NCBI RefSeq assembly: GCF_046119375.1
Contig: NW_027362767.1
Location: forward strand, 434,868,001-434,932,000
Source of the DNA: Phyllobates terribilis
Lineage: Eukaryota
Reading direction: 5' to 3'
Length of the DNA: 64,000 nucleotides
Made by a program: the position numbers and the translations under genes. This document shows positions 60,400 through 64,000 of this stretch, piece by piece; positions within the stretch are counted from its first letter, which is position 1; the number at the start of each line of letters is the position of its first letter. The notes beneath the pieces were generated by a model. It did no database searches. It was not told the DNA's origin and saw only the letters and a list, made by a program, of their open reading frames with translations.

Positions 60400-61067
60400 T
60401 GTAATGCAGCGGCTTGCGGCATTACTGTAATGGTCCAGGGTGTGTTTTGGCCGACCATGTACCTCCCCCTCAGGTGACTGGTCACATGACTGTGACATCG
60501 CACAAGTCCTGTGCATACAGAAGGTCTGATCACATGACTGTGACATCAGCACAGGTCCTGTGTGTGCACTAGAGGATACATAAACCCTGGTAGATTTGAG
60601 ACAGGTGTTTAAGGCGTGAGGCCTGTTCCCGTGTGGGACACCGTTAGCCTGGTGAGGCCTGAAAGGCAGAGGCTGGATGTTAGGTGTGTAAACATACCAG
60701 TAGCCTTTGAAGGTACGAGGGCTGGAGACCCCATCTGGGAAGCCGTAAAGCCACAGCGGTGGCAGAACAAACCTGAAGCAGCTAAAACCCGGCAAAGGTA
60801 TAAACACTGATTGATGTGGACATTTATGTTGTTGCCTTGCTGAAGGCTGTATCTGGAGCCAAGTGGACATATCTGTCACTGGAAAGGCTCTTGGACACTA
60901 TATGTGTGTGATATGTCGGCGAGCCACTGAGATGGACTCAGTTAGAAGCAGGTATGAAGTATAATAAACTGCTGGATTGTGAAATACCGGAAAGGTGTTG
61001 CCTGGTGTGCTTTAATTGACCCGGTGCAGCGAGTGTCCCCCAGCATGATGACTAGCGCTGCCTTACA
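60400..61067. mobile_element. Solo LTR (668 bp), copy 2
   Basis: Appears identical to copy 1 by eye, with the same GTAG TSD and the same position within the satellite unit. Confidence 0.8.
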
Positions 61068-64000
61068 GTAGTTATATTGTACATAGGGGCAGTATTATAG
61101 TAGTTATATTCTTGTACATAGGGGTAGTATTATAGTAGTTATATTCTTGTACATAGGGGCAGTATTATAGTAATTATATTCTTGTACATAGGGGACAGTA
61201 TTATAGTAGTTATATTCTTGTACACAGGGGGTTGTATTATAGTAGTTATATTCTTGTACATAGGGACAGTATTATAGTAGTTATATTCTTGTACATAGGG
61301 GCAGTATTATAGTAGTTATATTCTTGTACATAGGAGCAGTATTATAGTAGTTATATTCCTGTACATAGGAGCAGTATTATAGTAGTTATATTCTTGTACA
61401 TAGGAGCAGTATTATAGTAGTTATATTCTCGTACATAGGGTCAGTATTATAGTAGTTATATTCTTGTACATAGGGGGCAGTATTATAGTGGTTATATTCT
61501 TGTACATAGGAGCAGTATTATAGTAGTTATATTCTCGTACATAGGGTCAGTATTATAGTAGTTATATTCTTGTACATAGGAGCAGTATTATAGTAGTTAT
61601 ATTCTCGTACATAGGAGCAGTATTATAGTAGTTATATTCTCGTACATAGGAGGCAGTATTATAGTAGTTATATTCTCGTACATAGGAGCAGTATTATAGT
61701 AGTTATATTCTCGTATATAGGAGCAGTATTATAGTAGTTATATTCTCGTACATAGGACCAGTATTATAGTAGTTATATTCTTGTACATAGGAGCAGTATT
61801 ACAGTAGTTATATTCTTGTACATAGGGGGCAGTATTATAGTAGTTATATTCTTGTACATAGGAGCAGTATTATAGTAGTTATATTCTTGTACATAGGAGC
61901 AGTATTATAGTAGTTATATTCTTGTACATAGGAGCAGTATTATAGTAGTTATATTCTCGTACATAGGGTCAGTATTATAGTAGTTATATTCTTGTACATA
62001 GGGGGCAGTATTATAGTGGTTATATTCTTGTACATAGGAGCAGTATTATAGTAGTTATATTCTCGTACATAGGGTCAGTATTATAGTAGTTATATTCTTG
62101 TACATAGGAGCAGTATTATAGTAGTTATATTCTCGTACATAGGAGCAGTATTATAGTAGTTATATTCTCGTACATAGGAGGCAGTATTATAGTAGTTATA
62201 TTCTCGTACATAGGAGCAGTATTATAGTAGTTATATTCTCGTACATAGGACCAGTATTATAGTAGTTATATTCTTGTACATAGGAGCAGTATTACAGTAG
62301 TTATATTCTTGTACATAGGGGGCAGTATTATAGTAGTTATATTCTTGTACATAGGAGCAGTATTATAGTAGTTATATTCTTGTACATAGGAGCAGTATTA
62401 TAGTAGTTATATTCTTGTACATAGGAGCAGTATTACAGTAGTTATATTCTTGTACATAGGGGGCAGTATTATAGTAGTTATATTCTTGTACATAGGAGCA
62501 GTATTATAGTAGTTATATTCTCGTACATAGGAGCAGTATTATAGTAGTTATATTCTCGTACATAGGAGGCAGTATTATAGTAGTTATATTCTCGTACATA
62601 GGAGCAGTATTATAGTAGTTATATTCTCGTACATAGGAGCAGTATTATAGTAGTTATATTCTCGTACATAGGAGCAGTATTATAGTAGTTATATTCTTGT
62701 ACATAGGAGCAGTATTATAGTAGTTATATTCTTGTACATAGGAGCAGTATTACAGTAGTTATATTCTTGTACATAGGGGGCAGTATTATAGTAGTTATAT
62801 TCTTGGGTATAGGGGGCAGCATTATAGTAGTTCTATTCTTGCACATAGGGGGCAGTAATATAGTAGTTATATTCTTGTACATAGGAGGCAGTATTATAGT
62901 AGTTATATTCTGGTACATAGGGGCAATATTATAGTAGTTATATTCTTGTACATAGGTGCAGTATTATAGTAGTTATATTCTTGTACATAGGGGGCAGTAT
63001 TGTAGTAGTTATATTCTTGTACATAGGCAGCAGTATTATAGTAGTTATATTCTTGTATATAGGGGGCAGTATTATAGTAGTTATATTCTGGTACATAGGG
63101 GCAATATTATAGTAGTTATATTCTTGTACATAGGGGCAGTATTATAGTAGTTATATTCTTGTATATAGGGGGCAGTATTATAGTAGTTATATTCTTGTAC
63201 ATAGGAGCAGTATTATAGTAGTTATATTTTTGTATATAGGGGCAGTATTATAGTAGTTATATTCTTGTACATAGGAGGCAGTATTATAGTAGTTATATTC
63301 TTGTATATAGGGGGCAGTATTATAATAGTTATATTCTTGTACATAGGAGCAGTATTATAGTAGTTATATTCTTGTATATAGGGGGCAGTATTATAGTAGT
63401 TATATTCTTGTACATAGGGGCAGTATTATATTAGTTATATTCTTGTACATAGGGGGCAGTATTATAGTAGTTATATTCTTGTACATAGGGGGCAGTATAA
63501 TAGTAGTTATATTCTTGTACATAGGGGCAGTATTATAGTAGTTATATTCTTGTATATAGGGGTCAGTATTATAGTAGTTATATTCTTGTACATAGGGGCA
63601 GTATTATAGTAGTTATATTCTTGTACATAGGGGGCAGTATTATAGTAGTTATATTCTTGTACATAGGGGCAGTATTATAGTAGTTATATTCTTGTACATA
63701 GGGGCAGTATTATAGTAGTTATATTCTTGTACATAGTGGCAGTATTATAGTAGTTATATTCTTGCACATAGGAGCAGTATTATAGTAGTTATATTCTTGT
63801 ATATAGGGGCAGTATTATAGTAGTTATATTCTTGTACATAGGAGGCAGTATTATAGTAGTTATATTCTTGTACATAGGAGCAGTATTATAGTAGTTATAT
63901 TCTTGTATATAGGGGGCAGTATTATAGTAGGTATATTCTTGTATATAGGGGGCAGTATTATAGTAGTTATATTCTTGTATATAGGGGGCAGTATTATAGT

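Larger units (their letters stand above)
51105..64000. repeat. 32/33-bp satellite (GCAGTATTATAGTAGTT(A/C)TATTCTTG(TA/GG)CATAGGG(G))n, longer than 12.9 kb and running off the window end
   Basis: Directly visible; source of the MPKNRTTIILPP-type ORFs. Confidence 0.98.

Noticed and set aside
55286-61067. Reading the two LTRs as the ends of one full-length retrotransposon
   Set aside because: The interior is pure satellite with no PBS, PPT or gag-pol, and each LTR has its own TSD on both sides
51042-63147. Many MPKNRTTIILPP / IGGSIIVVLFL ORFs
   Set aside because: Translation of the 33-bp satellite variant; ORFs end wherever a 32-bp unit occurs

Overview
Vertebrate genomic DNA, most likely a frog (inferred from the Tc1/DIRS/MITE repeat content). 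It is syntenic with human 19q13.32 and holds three spliced protein-coding genes. DACT3 is on the minus strand with 4 exons (8094->2384); the 5' part of exon 3 appears to lie in a 167-N gap. FKRP is on the plus strand with a single coding exon (15442-16890, 482 aa) and a probable non-coding first exon ending at 8884. SLC1A5/ASCT2 is on the minus strand with 8 exons (34041->29360, 523 aa). DACT3 and FKRP appear to sit head-to-head across about 0.7 kb, without the PRKD2 and STRN4 genes that separate them in human. The rest of the window contains four Tc1/mariner elements (one is a near-intact DD38E copy), a full-architecture but decayed DIRS1-type tyrosine-recombinase retrotransposon, hAT-like and palindromic MITEs, and a solo LTR present twice inside a duplicated satellite block. 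About ten tandem-repeat arrays cover close to half the window and generate most of the long ORFs in the track, which are spurious. No CRISPR arrays or rRNA/tRNA genes were seen. Gene identities come from recalled protein motifs, not database searches.
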